From NCBI GenBank assembly GCA_016211945.1, contig JACRHV010000003.1, positions 69,631-133,630 on the forward strand: a stretch of DNA of 64,000 nucleotides. The letters are read 5' to 3'. This document shows, piece after piece, positions 28,846-39,436 of the stretch. A program made the position numbers and the translations under genes. Source of the stretch: Minisyncoccota bacterium (GTDB lineage: Bacteria > Patescibacteriota > Microgenomatia > UBA1400 > UBA12028). The notes beneath the pieces are model-generated. The model saw only the letters and a list, made by a program, of their open reading frames with translations, was not told the DNA's origin and searched no databases. Position 1 is the stretch's first letter, and each line of letters opens with the position of its first letter.

Positions 28846-29271
28846 ATGGCAAAAAAAATTAAAACAGTTCTCAAATTAAACCTCCAAGCAGGCGCAGCAA
28901 ATCCCGCACCTCCCGTTGGTCCTATCCTCGGCCAGCAAGGTATTAATATCATGGAATTTTGTAAGCAATACAACGAGAAAACGAAAGACAAACGTGGCCA
29001 AGTGATTCCGGCGGAAATTACGGTTTTCGAGGATCGCTCTTTTACTTTTATCTTAAAACTCCCCCCCGTATCAGCATTGATTAAGCAAGAGCTCAAGTTG
29101 CAAAGCGGTGCAAAAACACCAAGTAAGGAAGTGGTGGGAACATTGACACAGGCACAAGTAAGAAAGATTGCAGAAATGAAACTTCCGGATATGAATACCA
29201 CAAGTGTGGAGTCTGCAATGAACACCATCAAAGGAACCGCTCGAAGTATGGGCGTACAAGTCGCTGGCTAA
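28846..29271 (+). CDS. rplK: 50S ribosomal protein L11
   Basis: [26 protein letters not shown]. Confidence 0.98.
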   Translation: MAKKIKTVLKLNLQAGAANPAPPVGPILGQQGINIMEFCKQYNEKTKDKRGQVIPAEITVFEDRSFTFILKLPPVSALIKQELKLQSGAKTPSKEVVGTLTQAQVRKIAEMKLPDMNTTSVESAMNTIKGTARSMGVQVAG

Positions 29272-29291
29272 TTCGCATATCAAGGAGTCTT

Positions 29292-30074
29292 ATGGCAAAG
29301 AAAGTAACATCAACAGAACCAAAAGAAGTGAAAGAAAAAACAGCAAAAGTGGCCAAAATCGAAAAAGTCGCAAAAAACGCAAAAAAAAAGACGAAAAAAG
29401 TCGAGGAAGTTGCGATTGTTGAGACACAGGGAGTCCCGGTTAATCCTCAGACCGGAGAACAAAAAGAGGAAAAAGCAAAAATTATTAAAATTCGCGGTAA
29501 AAAATACGTGACCGCCCGATCATTTATCGATCGAACCCGCCAGTATGGCGCAGATGAAGCTGTTGCGCTCGCAAAAAAAACACATTATGCAAAGTTTGCC
29601 GGTTCACTTGAGGCCAACCTCGTACTCCGTGGTGAAGGGGTTGATGTCGACATCGCCTTCCCCTATGCAACAGGTCGAACCGTTTCTGTGGCTATTGCAA
29701 CGGACGGGCTTCTCGCACAAGTTGAAAAAGGCGTGATCACCTTTACCACCTTGGTTGCACATCCTTCTATGATGCCGAAATTATCGAAACTCGCCCGTAT
29801 TCTTGGTCCAAAAGGACTCATGCCAAACCCAAAGAACGGAACGCTTTCTCCAGATCCAGAGAAGCGCAAAAAAGAATTAGAGAACGGCGCAGTAACGGTG
29901 AAGGCAGAGAAAAAGGCCCCACTTGTGCATCTTGTTATTGGAAAGTTGAAACAGCCTGAATCTGAACTTGTTGCCAATCTTAAGGCTCTTATGAAGGCTT
30001 ACCCTGCCGGCAAACTGGTGAAGTGCACTATTTCTGCAACCATGGGGCCTGGAATCAAGGTGAGGGTGGAATAA
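29292..30074 (+). CDS. rplA: 50S ribosomal protein L1 with Lys/Glu-rich N-terminal extension
   Basis: LGPKGLMPNPKNGT, TMGPGIK. Confidence 0.95.
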   Translation: MAKKVTSTEPKEVKEKTAKVAKIEKVAKNAKKKTKKVEEVAIVETQGVPVNPQTGEQKEEKAKIIKIRGKKYVTARSFIDRTRQYGADEAVALAKKTHYAKFAGSLEANLVLRGEGVDVDIAFPYATGRTVSVAIATDGLLAQVEKGVITFTTLVAHPSMMPKLSKLARILGPKGLMPNPKNGTLSPDPEKRKKELENGAVTVKAEKKAPLVHLVIGKLKQPESELVANLKALMKAYPAGKLVKCTISATMGPGIKVRVE

Positions 30075-30175
30075 AGCTCGCTCCTCACATATTGAAAAAT
30101 CTGCTCCCACTATCTCTCTATTGATATCAAAAAAGTTTGATGTATCATCTAATATAAATAAAAAGAGGAGCAAAT

Positions 30176-30490
30176 ATGGCAGATGAAAAAAAGAGACAGG
30201 GGTTAGAAGTATTAGAAAATAAATTAATGGAAGCGAAAATTCCTGATGGAGTGCAAAGGCTTATTCTGGCAGAACTTGCCAAATGGCCCATAGAAGATCG
30301 GGGTCGAATATTTGCTACTGTAGAAACATATGTCCACACAGCTCCAGAGGCTCGTGAACAAGTTGTTCGAGATCTCTATGATAACAAGGGGTTGCGGACT
30401 TTGCTTGTGGCTAGTGGAGTAAATCAAGAATTTCGTAAACAGGTAATAATGGCCTTCTTAGGAACTGAAACCATCGAACAATCAAAGTAG
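30176..30490 (+). CDS. Hypothetical protein inserted between rplA and rplJ
   Basis: 104-aa ORF with GAGGAG RBS and AT-rich upstream region. Confidence 0.7.
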   Translation: MADEKKRQGLEVLENKLMEAKIPDGVQRLILAELAKWPIEDRGRIFATVETYVHTAPEAREQVVRDLYDNKGLRTLLVASGVNQEFRKQVIMAFLGTETIEQSK

Positions 30491-30548
30491 TTTGTGTAAC
30501 TCGCAAAGCTAGACTTCTCCATTTTTCGTGCTATACTTATACTGTTCA

Positions 30549-30667
30549 AGTCCAAAGACAGCGCGCGCCTTTTTCGAGAACGAAAAAGCATAAGACACGC
30601 CGAGGAATATACCAGCATCACATGATGCTTCTCTATCACCTCGCTTTGGCGAGGTTTTTGTTTTTTT
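30549..30667 (+). promoter_or_regulatory. L10 leader (rplJ autoregulatory RNA) with attenuator hairpin
   Basis: AAAGACAG...TAA..CGCCGAGG core resembling L10_leader, then ACCTCGC-TTTG-GCGAGGT plus T-tract. Confidence 0.65.
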
Positions 30668-30700
30668 AATGCGTTATAGATCAACAAATAAAGGAGTCTT

Positions 30701-31210
30701 ATGCCAAGTGCAAAAAATGTATCACAACTCCAAACACTCGAGGAAAAAGCAAAGCGAGCAAAATCGACCATCTTAACCAACTATGCAGGTCTTACCCTCG
30801 CACAGCAAACAAAGCTCCGAGCAGAACTCAGGTCAGCTGGTGGTGAGCTCGTCGTTGCAAAAAATACATTGCTGAGCAGAGTATTGAACAAGCCAGAACT
30901 CACCTCTCAACTCCATGGCCAAACTGGCGTTGTGTTCTCGTACGATGACGAGGTTGGCGGCATAAAAAAACTCGTTGAATTTGTAAAAAACGCCGAAAAA
31001 CCGGAAATTAAAGTCGGTTTTATGGGAAAAACCATGCTCACCTTGGCCGAGATTAAGGAACTTGCAAAACTTCCAGGCAAGATGGAGCTCATGAGTATGT
31101 TGATTAGCCGACTTCAAGGTCCGGCATATGGTTTAGTGAACACGTTAAGTGCGACGGCAAGAAATTTGGTGTATGCGGTAAAAGCGATCGAAAAAAAGAA
31201 AGCTCAGTAA
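30701..31210 (+). CDS. rplJ: 50S ribosomal protein L10
   Basis: YAGLT, VAKNTL, LAKLP. Confidence 0.96.
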   Translation: MPSAKNVSQLQTLEEKAKRAKSTILTNYAGLTLAQQTKLRAELRSAGGELVVAKNTLLSRVLNKPELTSQLHGQTGVVFSYDDEVGGIKKLVEFVKNAEKPEIKVGFMGKTMLTLAEIKELAKLPGKMELMSMLISRLQGPAYGLVNTLSATARNLVYAVKAIEKKKAQ

Positions 31211-31238
31211 ATACAAGAAAAATAATAAGGAGGAACCT

Positions 31239-31622
31239 ATGGCATCAGCCAACGTTCAAACATTAGTCGATGCAGTCGAGAAACTCTCACTGCTTGAAGT
31301 ATCCGAGCTTGTGAAGGCTTTGGAAGAGAAATTCGGCGTCTCAGCCGCCGCCCCAGTCATGATGGGTGCTATGCCAGGTGCAGCAGCGGCTGCTCCAGCA
31401 GAAGAGAAAACTGAGTTCACGGTTGTTATCGCAACTGCCGGCGCAAACAAGATCGGCGTCATCAAGGCTGTTCGTGAAATCAAGCCAGAGCTTGGTTTGG
31501 CAGAAGCAAAGGCGTTTGTTGAGTCCGCCCCAAAGGCTCTTCTCGAGAATGTGAAGAAAGAAGTTGCTGAAGAGGCAAAGAAAAAACTCGAAGCAGCTGG
31601 CGCAACAGTTGAGTTGAAGTAA
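31239..31622 (+). CDS. rplL: 50S ribosomal protein L7/L12
   Basis: [38 protein letters not shown]. Confidence 0.98.
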   Translation: MASANVQTLVDAVEKLSLLEVSELVKALEEKFGVSAAAPVMMGAMPGAAAAAPAEEKTEFTVVIATAGANKIGVIKAVREIKPELGLAEAKAFVESAPKALLENVKKEVAEEAKKKLEAAGATVELK

Positions 31623-31643
31623 TTCAACATTTAATTGTCATAG

Positions 31644-31668
31644 AAGCCCCGGGAAACCGGGGCTTTTT
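31644..31668 (+). terminator. Intrinsic terminator after rplL
   Basis: AAGCCCCGG-GAAA-CCGGGGCTT-TTT. Confidence 0.9.
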
Positions 31669-31813
31669 GGTATTGAATTCACTCTTTTTGGAATTGGGTC
31701 ATTGACATACTTTCATCCACTCTGTTATGTTGAATTATAATCAATTACTAGTAATATCTTGTACGATCCCATGAAAGGAGTACTAAATATATCAGAGTAT
31801 TTAGAAATACAAC

Positions 31814-32122
31814 ATGACAACGCTTACACCACCCCAACCACCAACCGATGTCACTCTTCCAACAGAAAAATCGGCGAATCAAATAACAGTGGCAGTTGCC
31901 GAAAAGGCAAAACGGAGCGTAAAAACAGCACCCAAGGTCGATCTTCAGAACCTTCCAGATCTCCTTACCATCAGCGAGGTTAGTGGGCTTCTCCGCGTTT
32001 CTCCACTCACAATTAAGCGCTGGGGAAAACGTGGAAAACTTCCGGCAATTCGTATCAATTCCAGAGGTGATAGAAGATACAAAAAACAGGCTGTGTTGTG
32101 GATGCTTGGTATGACTGAGTAG
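31814..32122 (+). CDS. MerR-like/excisionase HTH protein (BldC-like)
   Basis: LLTISEVSGLLRVSPLTIKRWGKRGKL..RGDRRY; TTGACA-18-TATGTT at 31702-31731. Confidence 0.85.
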   Translation: MTTLTPPQPPTDVTLPTEKSANQITVAVAEKAKRSVKTAPKVDLQNLPDLLTISEVSGLLRVSPLTIKRWGKRGKLPAIRINSRGDRRYKKQAVLWMLGMTE

Positions 32123-32160
32123 TAACATAACGAGACGACATGTTGTTCCGTTCGTAAAAA

Positions 32161-32958
32161 CTATTTCTTTTTTTCTTTGCTTATAAGGTGAACAAATTGC
32201 AAAAGTGCCAGCTGCCTCTTCCAACGCCACGGCTGTTGTATAAGTCTCCATAACCATTCAAATCCCAGAGAAGCAATGAGGCGCGAGGGTTGTCGCACAA
32301 CACCGGCAACTCCGTCAAGCGTTCCACCAACCACCATCGCCACCCGTACGCCACCTCGGTCCAAAAAGGCACGATTGTTCAAAAGCCATTGTTCCTGATG
32401 TGGCGCACCGTATGCTATGCAGACAACGTCTGGGCGAAATGTGGAGATATGTGAGAGAACACGATCATGCTCTTCTCGTGACTCGTGTGTAATATCAAAA
32501 GCTCCTCCGTCACTTGAAAAAACTGCGTGAGGATATTGTTTTTGTAATCGGTTCATCGCCAAATCCGCAACTCCTTTTTTTCCACCAATCAACAACACAC
32601 GGTATTTCTGTTGCTCTGCTCGTGCCATAAGGAAAAAAAACATCTCACGACCAGAAATTCTCTCTTTTATGCGTTGTACGGTTGGATGGAGGAATCGACT
32701 CGCCCACACAACGCCAATACCATCCGGAAGATTACAATCAGACATCTGCAAAAGATTGAAAAAAGATACATTGCGATGTGCCAACATGAGTTGCTCCGGA
32801 TTTGGTGTAAAAACAAGTCGAGCGCGGTGTTTCCACGCTGGATCGGTTGCTTCGAGCCATCGAGAAAACAGTGATTCACATGTAGCCAAAGAGTCGGCAA
32901 AAAAAGGAACGCCTAAAACCTTGGTTGTTCGAATCATGAAATCTCTACGTTCCATCAT
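32161..32958 (-). CDS. WecB/TagA/CpsF glycosyltransferase
   Basis: TPNPE, PDGIGVVWAS, GAPHQE, VGGTLD, EWLWRL..QPWR. Confidence 0.92.
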   Translation of the reverse strand: MMERRDFMIRTTKVLGVPFFADSLATCESLFSRWLEATDPAWKHRARLVFTPNPEQLMLAHRNVSFFNLLQMSDCNLPDGIGVVWASRFLHPTVQRIKERISGREMFFFLMARAEQQKYRVLLIGGKKGVADLAMNRLQKQYPHAVFSSDGGAFDITHESREEHDRVLSHISTFRPDVVCIAYGAPHQEQWLLNNRAFLDRGGVRVAMVVGGTLDGVAGVVRQPSRLIASLGFEWLWRLIQQPWRWKRQLALLQFVHLISKEKKK

Positions 32959-32970
32959 AAACTTCCTTTT

Positions 32971-33990
32971 TCATCGTTCGCGTAATGCGTGTCTATATGT
33001 TTCTAGATCATCAAGCATCACACCAATTCCCTTTATGACACACTGTAATGGATCTTCAGCAAGAGAAACAGGAATGCCGATCTCCTTCGATAAAAATGTA
33101 TCGAGGTGAGACAGCAAAACCGATCCCCCAGTCATCATTAACCCTTTATCGATAATATCACTCGCCAACTCCGGTGGAACTTCCTCCAACACTTTTTTTA
33201 CCATCTCGAGAATGAGTGCAAGCGGCCGTTGCATCGCCTCCCAAGCATCTTGGCTCGTCAATTGTATTTCCCGAGGTAAACCTTGAACAGTATCACGTCC
33301 TTTTACCTGAATTGTTTTCTCTTTCGATGATGGTTCCGTAGGCAGCGCCGACCCCACCGTCACCTTCACCATCTCCGCCGTGGAGTCGCCGATCATGACG
33401 CCATATTTTTTGCGCACATACTTCTGGATCGCCTCGTCAAAGGTGTTTCCGCCAACGCGAATGCCTTTACTTGCGACCACTCCGCCAAGGGAAACAACAG
33501 CGGCCTCGGCGGCGCCACCGCCAATGTTCAAGATCATGTTGCCACTTGCTTCGCCAATCGGAATTCCTGCGCCAATCATCGCGGCCAGCGGCTCATCAAC
33601 TAAATATGCGACTCGCGCACCTGCTGATAGTGTTGCATCCAGCACTGCACGCCGCTCCACCTGCGTACTCCCCGCCGGGACGGAGACCATAACTTCTGGT
33701 TTGAAAAGAAAACCACGACCCATCACTTTTTGAAGAAAATACCGCAACATTGCCTCGGTTACTGGATAGTCTGCAATCACTCCACTCCTCAGAGGCTTGG
33801 ATGCCACAATGGTTCCGGGTGTTCTGCCCAACATGTTCTTTGCCACGGTTCCCACCGCAACCACACGCTTATCCCGCAATGCCACCGCAACCACAGACGG
33901 CTCGTTGACCACCACACCTCTCCCCTGGACCCATACAAGTGAGTTTACCGTCCCTAGATCAACACCAATGCGACGGGAAAAAGCAATCAT
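32971..33990 (-). CDS. mreB: Second MreB/Mbl paralogue
   Basis: GVDLGTVN, DEPLAAMIGAG, NIGGGAAE, PPELASDI. Confidence 0.9.
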   Translation of the reverse strand: MIAFSRRIGVDLGTVNSLVWVQGRGVVVNEPSVVAVALRDKRVVAVGTVAKNMLGRTPGTIVASKPLRSGVIADYPVTEAMLRYFLQKVMGRGFLFKPEVMVSVPAGSTQVERRAVLDATLSAGARVAYLVDEPLAAMIGAGIPIGEASGNMILNIGGGAAEAAVVSLGGVVASKGIRVGGNTFDEAIQKYVRKKYGVMIGDSTAEMVKVTVGSALPTEPSSKEKTIQVKGRDTVQGLPREIQLTSQDAWEAMQRPLALILEMVKKVLEEVPPELASDIIDKGLMMTGGSVLLSHLDTFLSKEIGIPVSLAEDPLQCVIKGIGVMLDDLETYRHALRER

Positions 33991-34085
33991 CCCTCCATCA
34001 TACCATCTGGTGAGCTGTGTGCGTAACGAATATCTTCGCCATAACTGCTCCCCCGAAAAACGCGAAATTCTGGTAAAATACGCTC

Positions 34086-35501
34086 ATGTTTTCCCGCATC
34101 TTCACGAACAGACTTTTTATCACCATCTGTTCTGCGTCAATTATCCTTGTTGGCACCTATGTTGCCATACAATTCGCAAAGGGGTATCGCCCCACAAAAA
34201 ATGGGAATATTACTTCTACTGGTCTCCTGTCCGCAAACTCGTTTCCAAACGGTGCGCAGATGTATTTAAACGGAAAACTTGCAACTGCCACAGACACGAC
34301 GCTGAATCTTGAGCCTGGAAGCTACACCGTTGAGATTAAAAAAGACGGCTATACACCTTGGAAAAAACAACTGACTATTACAAAAGAGCTCGTCACGCAA
34401 ACAAACGCATTCCTCTTCCCAACAGCCCCAAGTCTCACCCCTATCACCTACACTGGAGCGTCCAATGTTACTCCATCTCCAGACGGCCAAAAAATTGTGT
34501 ACTACACCGCATCGGCATCTTCGCAAGTGAAGAATGGACTCTATGTTGTTGAGCTTAGCGACAACGTCTTCTCTTTACAAAAAGGAACACGGCAGATTTC
34601 ACAGGAAGTAAGGGGGTTTGATCTTTCAAAAGCAAAGCTCCTTTGGTCTCCAGACGCATCACAAATTCTCGTTTCATACGACGGGAAAAACGTTATCGTC
34701 GATCCGACAAAAATGAATCCCCTCAACGAACTCCCCGATGTGAGTTATAAACTTCCACAAACATTCAGTGAATGGGAAGAGGATTTGTACAAACGTGAAC
34801 GCGCACGCCTCGCAAAATTCCCGGAAGAGATTCAGCGCATTGCAACAGAGAGCGCGCAGAATGTCTATTTCTCGCCTGATGATGAGCGTGTGTTGTATAC
34901 CGCAACACAAAGTGCTTTCTTGCCAGATGCAATCGTTCCAGAAGTTCCCGCAGCAAGTACGCAACCACAGGAACGAACACTTGTTCCTGGGGGCATCTAC
35001 GTGTATGACCACAAAGAGGATCGAAACTTCCGTATTGGGACCGAAAATATCGTATTACTCCCTACTCCAGTTCAAAAAAACACAAAGAAAAAATCGACAG
35101 TAAAAACACCCACTCAATTTTCTTATCCACGGGGGAAAATATCTCTCGCCGTAGACCTCTACACATCAAAGGTGAAAACGCTCGTGACATCCCCTCTCGA
35201 ATTTAAAAAACTTCAAGCAAATATGTACGCCGAAACCATCGAAAATTTCCACAAATATTATTCTGGTGTATACACACACGGTCTTCAGTGGCTTCCCGAT
35301 TCTAAACATCTTCTTGGCATTCGAGATGATATCGCTTTTGTGAAAGAGTACGATGGGATGAACGAGACAGTATTGTATTCTGGATCTTTGAGCGAGCAAT
35401 TCGTGTACCCCTGGCCAAACGGATCAAAGTTGATCATCTTGACGCGTATCAATCAGGCCTCAGACAATCCAACGAATTTGTATGCGATTTCGTTGAAATA
35501 G
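34086..35501 (+). CDS. PEGA-domain membrane-anchored protein with beta-propeller-like repeats
   Basis: N-terminal TM, SFPNGAQMYLNG..LEPGSYTVEIKKDGYTPW, repeated SPD motifs. Confidence 0.8.
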   Translation: MFSRIFTNRLFITICSASIILVGTYVAIQFAKGYRPTKNGNITSTGLLSANSFPNGAQMYLNGKLATATDTTLNLEPGSYTVEIKKDGYTPWKKQLTITKELVTQTNAFLFPTAPSLTPITYTGASNVTPSPDGQKIVYYTASASSQVKNGLYVVELSDNVFSLQKGTRQISQEVRGFDLSKAKLLWSPDASQILVSYDGKNVIVDPTKMNPLNELPDVSYKLPQTFSEWEEDLYKRERARLAKFPEEIQRIATESAQNVYFSPDDERVLYTATQSAFLPDAIVPEVPAASTQPQERTLVPGGIYVYDHKEDRNFRIGTENIVLLPTPVQKNTKKKSTVKTPTQFSYPRGKISLAVDLYTSKVKTLVTSPLEFKKLQANMYAETIENFHKYYSGVYTHGLQWLPDSKHLLGIRDDIAFVKEYDGMNETVLYSGSLSEQFVYPWPNGSKLIILTRINQASDNPTNLYAISLK

Positions 35502-35524
35502 TGAAATAGAGAGGAAAAATTATT

Positions 35525-35795
35525 ATGACAGGACAACTTGAAGGCAAATCCCTCAGAGAGCTTAATGCAATCATTGAGGAAGCTAATCTGGAACGATCTA
35601 AGCTCATTCAAAAGGAAAAGGATGCTGAAATCATCAACCTACTTGTTGATAGTCTTCATTGAACTATCAAGGGGACACGATGACGCTGAAAGTCCTCGGG
35701 GGAGGGAACATTTTCAGATGTGGGTTGAAATAGACAAATCGGGTGTTGGTGACCAAGTTAGCAGACTCCTTCATCCGGAAATGTATGATTATTGA
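35525..35795 (+). pseudogene. Small hypothetical gene, apparently frameshifted near 35655
   Basis: ATG 35525 with GAGAGGA gives 45 aa to TGA 35662; an overlapping frame continues to 35795. Confidence 0.4.
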
Positions 35796-35810
35796 ATAAA
35801 AGTTCCCTGC

Positions 35811-36722
35811 ATGAGACATACCGTCGAACATCCTCCAACACCTGATGAACAAAAAAATATCATATGCAAGGTGTTCGAGTTTTTCTCTATTGGAACGCCA
35901 AAAGATTTTCTTGCTCTTACTGGAGGAATCGCCAATATCAATTGGCTTGTCACAAATAAAGTTGGGGATAAATTTGTTGTAAAATTTTTAGTTGTACAAA
36001 AAAAAGAACTTCTCGTAAACGACATTGCAATTCAGGAACAACTCGCGCATGCAGGGATAAAGACTGTTGAATATCTCCGCTCTCACTCGGGAGAATATAC
36101 CTATGATGCCGATGGTATCACTGTTGTGATTTCGAAAAATATCGAAGGCGTTCATATTGAAAAAATCACACGAGAATTTTGTGAAAATATCGGAAAAATC
36201 TTGGCAATATTCCATACATCAGTAAAAAAACTCCCTGTTTCACATCGAGGTTGGCTCAATGCACAAACGGCGAAAGAATATGTTCGTCGTACTGATTCTT
36301 CTCTCTTGGCGAAAGCCGCAACACACCTTGTTCAGGAAAACATAGGTATATTCGACATGAGCATAGAAAACGGAATTATTCACGGTGATGTATTTGAGTC
36401 GAATGTGCTTGCAAAAAGTCAAACCGATCCTACTATTGTCGCGCTCATGGATTTTGAAGAATCTGAAGAAAACCTGTACATCGTTGACCTCGCAAGAGCA
36501 ATGATTGGTGTTTGTGTGAATGCGAACACAGCGCGACTAGATCCCGAACTTATTCTTGCTGTGATACAAGGATATGAATCTGTGAGAAAACTCACTTTTA
36601 TCGAGAAGAAAAATTTGCGCCGAGCAATACAATACACTGCGGGAGCGGGCGCTCTTTGGCTTCACGCACATGGATTTGATGAGTATGCGCAGGCATATAT
36701 TGAAAGGGTTCGGGATGTGTAA
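35811..36722 (+). CDS. APH/homoserine kinase type II-like phosphotransferase
   Basis: GGIANIN, LAIFH, IIHGDVFESNVL, MDFEE, DLA. Confidence 0.85.
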   Translation: MRHTVEHPPTPDEQKNIICKVFEFFSIGTPKDFLALTGGIANINWLVTNKVGDKFVVKFLVVQKKELLVNDIAIQEQLAHAGIKTVEYLRSHSGEYTYDADGITVVISKNIEGVHIEKITREFCENIGKILAIFHTSVKKLPVSHRGWLNAQTAKEYVRRTDSSLLAKAATHLVQENIGIFDMSIENGIIHGDVFESNVLAKSQTDPTIVALMDFEESEENLYIVDLARAMIGVCVNANTARLDPELILAVIQGYESVRKLTFIEKKNLRRAIQYTAGAGALWLHAHGFDEYAQAYIERVRDV

Positions 36723-36899
36723 AAGTATTAATCCCACTTTTGAGTTTTCTTCCAGTCCTGATAAAGATATTGAAAAACAAACCTAGATATATCCCCGCTG
36801 GTTGAGATTTGGAATCAAATACTTGGTGATTTAGAACATAGAACAATTGTTTTTAGATTTTTTAGATAAAAATAGATTTGGATCACACACTCTATTCAA

Positions 36900-38147
36900 G
36901 TGCCGAAATCTAATGGTGTAGAATATTGGGTTATGATTACTTTTGATATCTTTCGTAACATTGCTCAACATACATACGACAAGTCTATTGTTAGACCTTT
37001 GACACGTCATATGTATTGGAATCAAAGAAGATTGAGCCATCTTGCTTGGAAAAGAAGTTTTCCTCGATCTATTCGTATCCCAGAAAGTGATCAACAAGGA
37101 AATACCATCATAGGGCGTGGTGGATTAACACCCATGGAATGGGTTGAATTAACATATCTCCAAAGTATTTCAGAAATAAAGAGAGTTCATGGTAGTGAAC
37201 CATTCGGCCCATACCCTCAACGTTTTCTTGAAGAAGGTAGAGATGGGACTATAAATCACCCCCATAGACCATCTCCCGGTCATGACATATGTGATGCATT
37301 GCCCGGATTGTTGCGTCTGGTAGCAGAGAGTCAAAACGGCATTTATGTCGATCCAGCACACGCACGCGGATATGATCCTTTAATCCTCATTACTCCAGAC
37401 TTTCAATTCATCGCAGTAACAAATAAAGGTCCTGGTTCTATGACGTTGTTATCATTTATATTTCGAGAAGCTTTGGCACATCCTCATTTAATGCGTCGAC
37501 GTTCAGCGGGAAGATTTGATGAAACTATTCAATGGTACAAGCAACATGCTAAACAGTATGCCGAAGCAATTTCTGGGGCGGTATCAGAAGATCAAATCAA
37601 TGCATTTGCAGAACACCTCTCCACTGGTTCAAACATACTGGATGTGGGAGCAAATGGAGGGAGAGATGAAAAACAGTTTACTGATCGCGGTTATCATGTA
37701 ACTGGATTAGACTTAGCATATGAATCACTTGAAATTGCCAAAGATGGAAATCCTGGAAACTTGCAGGTGAATTGCAATATGCTCGCCACACCGTTTCCGA
37801 ATAATTCCTTTGATGGTGTTTGGACACATGCCTCATTGCACCACTTAAACAGTCTCGGTGATTTCAGAGCAGCTATTGATGAACAAAAACGTGTATTACG
37901 TCCGGGTGGGATACTACACATCGCAACACAAGCAAAAATTGATCAATTACGTACAGCAATCGTTGTGGATGAACTCACACGAGAACCAAGACAGTATCTC
38001 TACGTTACCAGCAAGGAATTGACTGCAATATTACAGCAAAAAGGTTTTTCTATCATTGATTTGAAAGAACATGGAGAGGTGGATGATCAGCATGGAACGA
38101 AACGAAAAGCTGTCCGTTGGTTAGTTGCTTTAGCAAGAAAGAATTGA
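36900..38147 (+). CDS. Unknown N-terminal domain fused to a class I SAM methyltransferase
   Basis: C-half ILDVGANGGRD, GLD, FDGVWTHASLHH, LRPGG; start uncertain. Confidence 0.75.
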   Translation: MPKSNGVEYWVMITFDIFRNIAQHTYDKSIVRPLTRHMYWNQRRLSHLAWKRSFPRSIRIPESDQQGNTIIGRGGLTPMEWVELTYLQSISEIKRVHGSEPFGPYPQRFLEEGRDGTINHPHRPSPGHDICDALPGLLRLVAESQNGIYVDPAHARGYDPLILITPDFQFIAVTNKGPGSMTLLSFIFREALAHPHLMRRRSAGRFDETIQWYKQHAKQYAEAISGAVSEDQINAFAEHLSTGSNILDVGANGGRDEKQFTDRGYHVTGLDLAYESLEIAKDGNPGNLQVNCNMLATPFPNNSFDGVWTHASLHHLNSLGDFRAAIDEQKRVLRPGGILHIATQAKIDQLRTAIVVDELTREPRQYLYVTSKELTAILQQKGFSIIDLKEHGEVDDQHGTKRKAVRWLVALARKN

Positions 38148-38163
38148 TTTATCAATCTTTTTG

Positions 38164-38235
38164 TGTCCCCGCCGGGAATCGAACCTGGATTTAAGGTTTA
38201 GGAAACCTCCGTTCTGTCCGTTGAACTACGGGGAC
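38164..38235 (-). tRNA. tRNA-Arg(CCT)
   Basis: GTCCCCG..GAGGT TTCCTAA ACCTT..TTCGATT..CGGGGAC A. Confidence 0.93.
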
Positions 38236-38261
38236 CTTCGCGTATTATACCGCCATATTAC

Positions 38262-38822
38262 TCACGCTTGGGACTGAATATATCTGTCGTACAAGAACAA
38301 TGCAGACAATGTCCAATTATCACAAATCTCACCTTTGACGATGAGATTTTCTATTTCTTTTCGAGAAAATTTCCCTTTCTGAATATCTTCCACTTCGCCG
38401 TTTTCGCTTGTATGAACACCCGTCACTTCCGATAGTCCTCGAGCAATATACGGCCTATATTTTTGATCAAGGCCACCAGGATCGGGGAAAAATTCGCCCA
38501 AGTCGATATATTCCTTTGCAACAAGTCCTAACTCTTCTTTTAGTCCACGTTCCGCTGCGTCCCTCCAAGATTCTCCTATATACTTCCCTTCAACGGGAAA
38601 CTGCCACACAACTCGTCGTATCGGGTGACGGTATAGTTGAACCAACCAAAGCGATTTATTCTCATTTTCTGGAATAATAAGTGGGCCCTCATCGATTCTA
38701 CGAGTGTAGGTATACACAATGTTCTTCCCATGTGATACGCAAGTATCCTCGATCAATTGTATCCACGGGGTGTTGTGGATAATACGTGTAGAGCGCACAT
38801 CCCAGGGGTTTTTACTTGACAT
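38262..38822 (-). CDS. NUDIX hydrolase (ADP-ribose pyrophosphatase-like)
   Basis: GKYIGESWRDAAERGLKEELGL Nudix box, YRHP. Confidence 0.85.
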   Translation of the reverse strand: MSSKNPWDVRSTRIIHNTPWIQLIEDTCVSHGKNIVYTYTRRIDEGPLIIPENENKSLWLVQLYRHPIRRVVWQFPVEGKYIGESWRDAAERGLKEELGLVAKEYIDLGEFFPDPGGLDQKYRPYIARGLSEVTGVHTSENGEVEDIQKGKFSRKEIENLIVKGEICDNWTLSALFLYDRYIQSQA

Positions 38823-38857
38823 ATCTTTTGTACTTTATGTTTTTTCCTCAAATCTTG

Positions 38858-38930
38858 TCGGGGTGCCCGGACTCGAACCGGGGGCCTCATCGTCCCGAAC
38901 GATGCGCGCTACCAACTGCGCTACACCCCG
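38858..38930 (-). tRNA. tRNA-Pro(CGG)
   Basis: CGGGGTG TAGCGCAG..CATCG TTCGGGA CGATG..TTCGAGT..CACCCCG A. Confidence 0.95.
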
Positions 38931-38965
38931 CTTTGGTGGGGCGCTATCCCCATCTCTATCTCAAG

Positions 38966-39436
38966 TTATTTCTGGCCACGCTCCTCGTTGGAATACACAA
39001 GACAATCAACACCACTCTCGTAACTAAATATCTCGTCCTTGCCAAAAAGCAACTTCAACTCTTTCTCAGCATTCTCTACTGAGTCAGACGCGTGGATCAA
39101 GTTATTCGACTGACTCATCGCAAAGTCGCCGCGAATCGAACCCGCCTCAGCCGCTCTACCCTTCGTCACACCAACAAGCTTACGGATAGTGTCGGCGGCA
39201 TCAAGTCCTTCCCACACCATAGCAACAATCGGTGTCTGCATCATAAATGCTTTTAACCCCGTAAAAAACGGTTTCTCTTTGTGATGTGCGTACCACTCAT
39301 CCAAAACCTCGTGGCTCAACTTGGTCATCTTCAAAGCGACAAGTTTGAGTCCTTTACGCTCAAAACGAGTAACAATCTCTCCGATTAATCCTCGTTGCAG
39401 GCCATCTGGTTTTACTAACACAACTGATCTTTGCAT
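38966..39436 (-). CDS. ndk: Nucleoside diphosphate kinase
   Basis: KPDGLQRGLIGEI, GSIRGDFA, NLIHASDS. Confidence 0.97.
   Translation of the reverse strand: MQRSVVLVKPDGLQRGLIGEIVTRFERKGLKLVALKMTKLSHEVLDEWYAHHKEKPFFTGLKAFMMQTPIVAMVWEGLDAADTIRKLVGVTKGRAAEAGSIRGDFAMSQSNNLIHASDSVENAEKELKLLFGKDEIFSYESGVDCLVYSNEERGQK

Noticed and set aside
31256-31630. Antisense ORFs over rplL, rplK, mreB, PBP2 and fmt
   Set aside because: Codon-bias shadows of conserved genes
32971-33990. Second mreB as a novelty
   Set aside because: Multiple MreB paralogues are common in monoderm-like and CPR genomes
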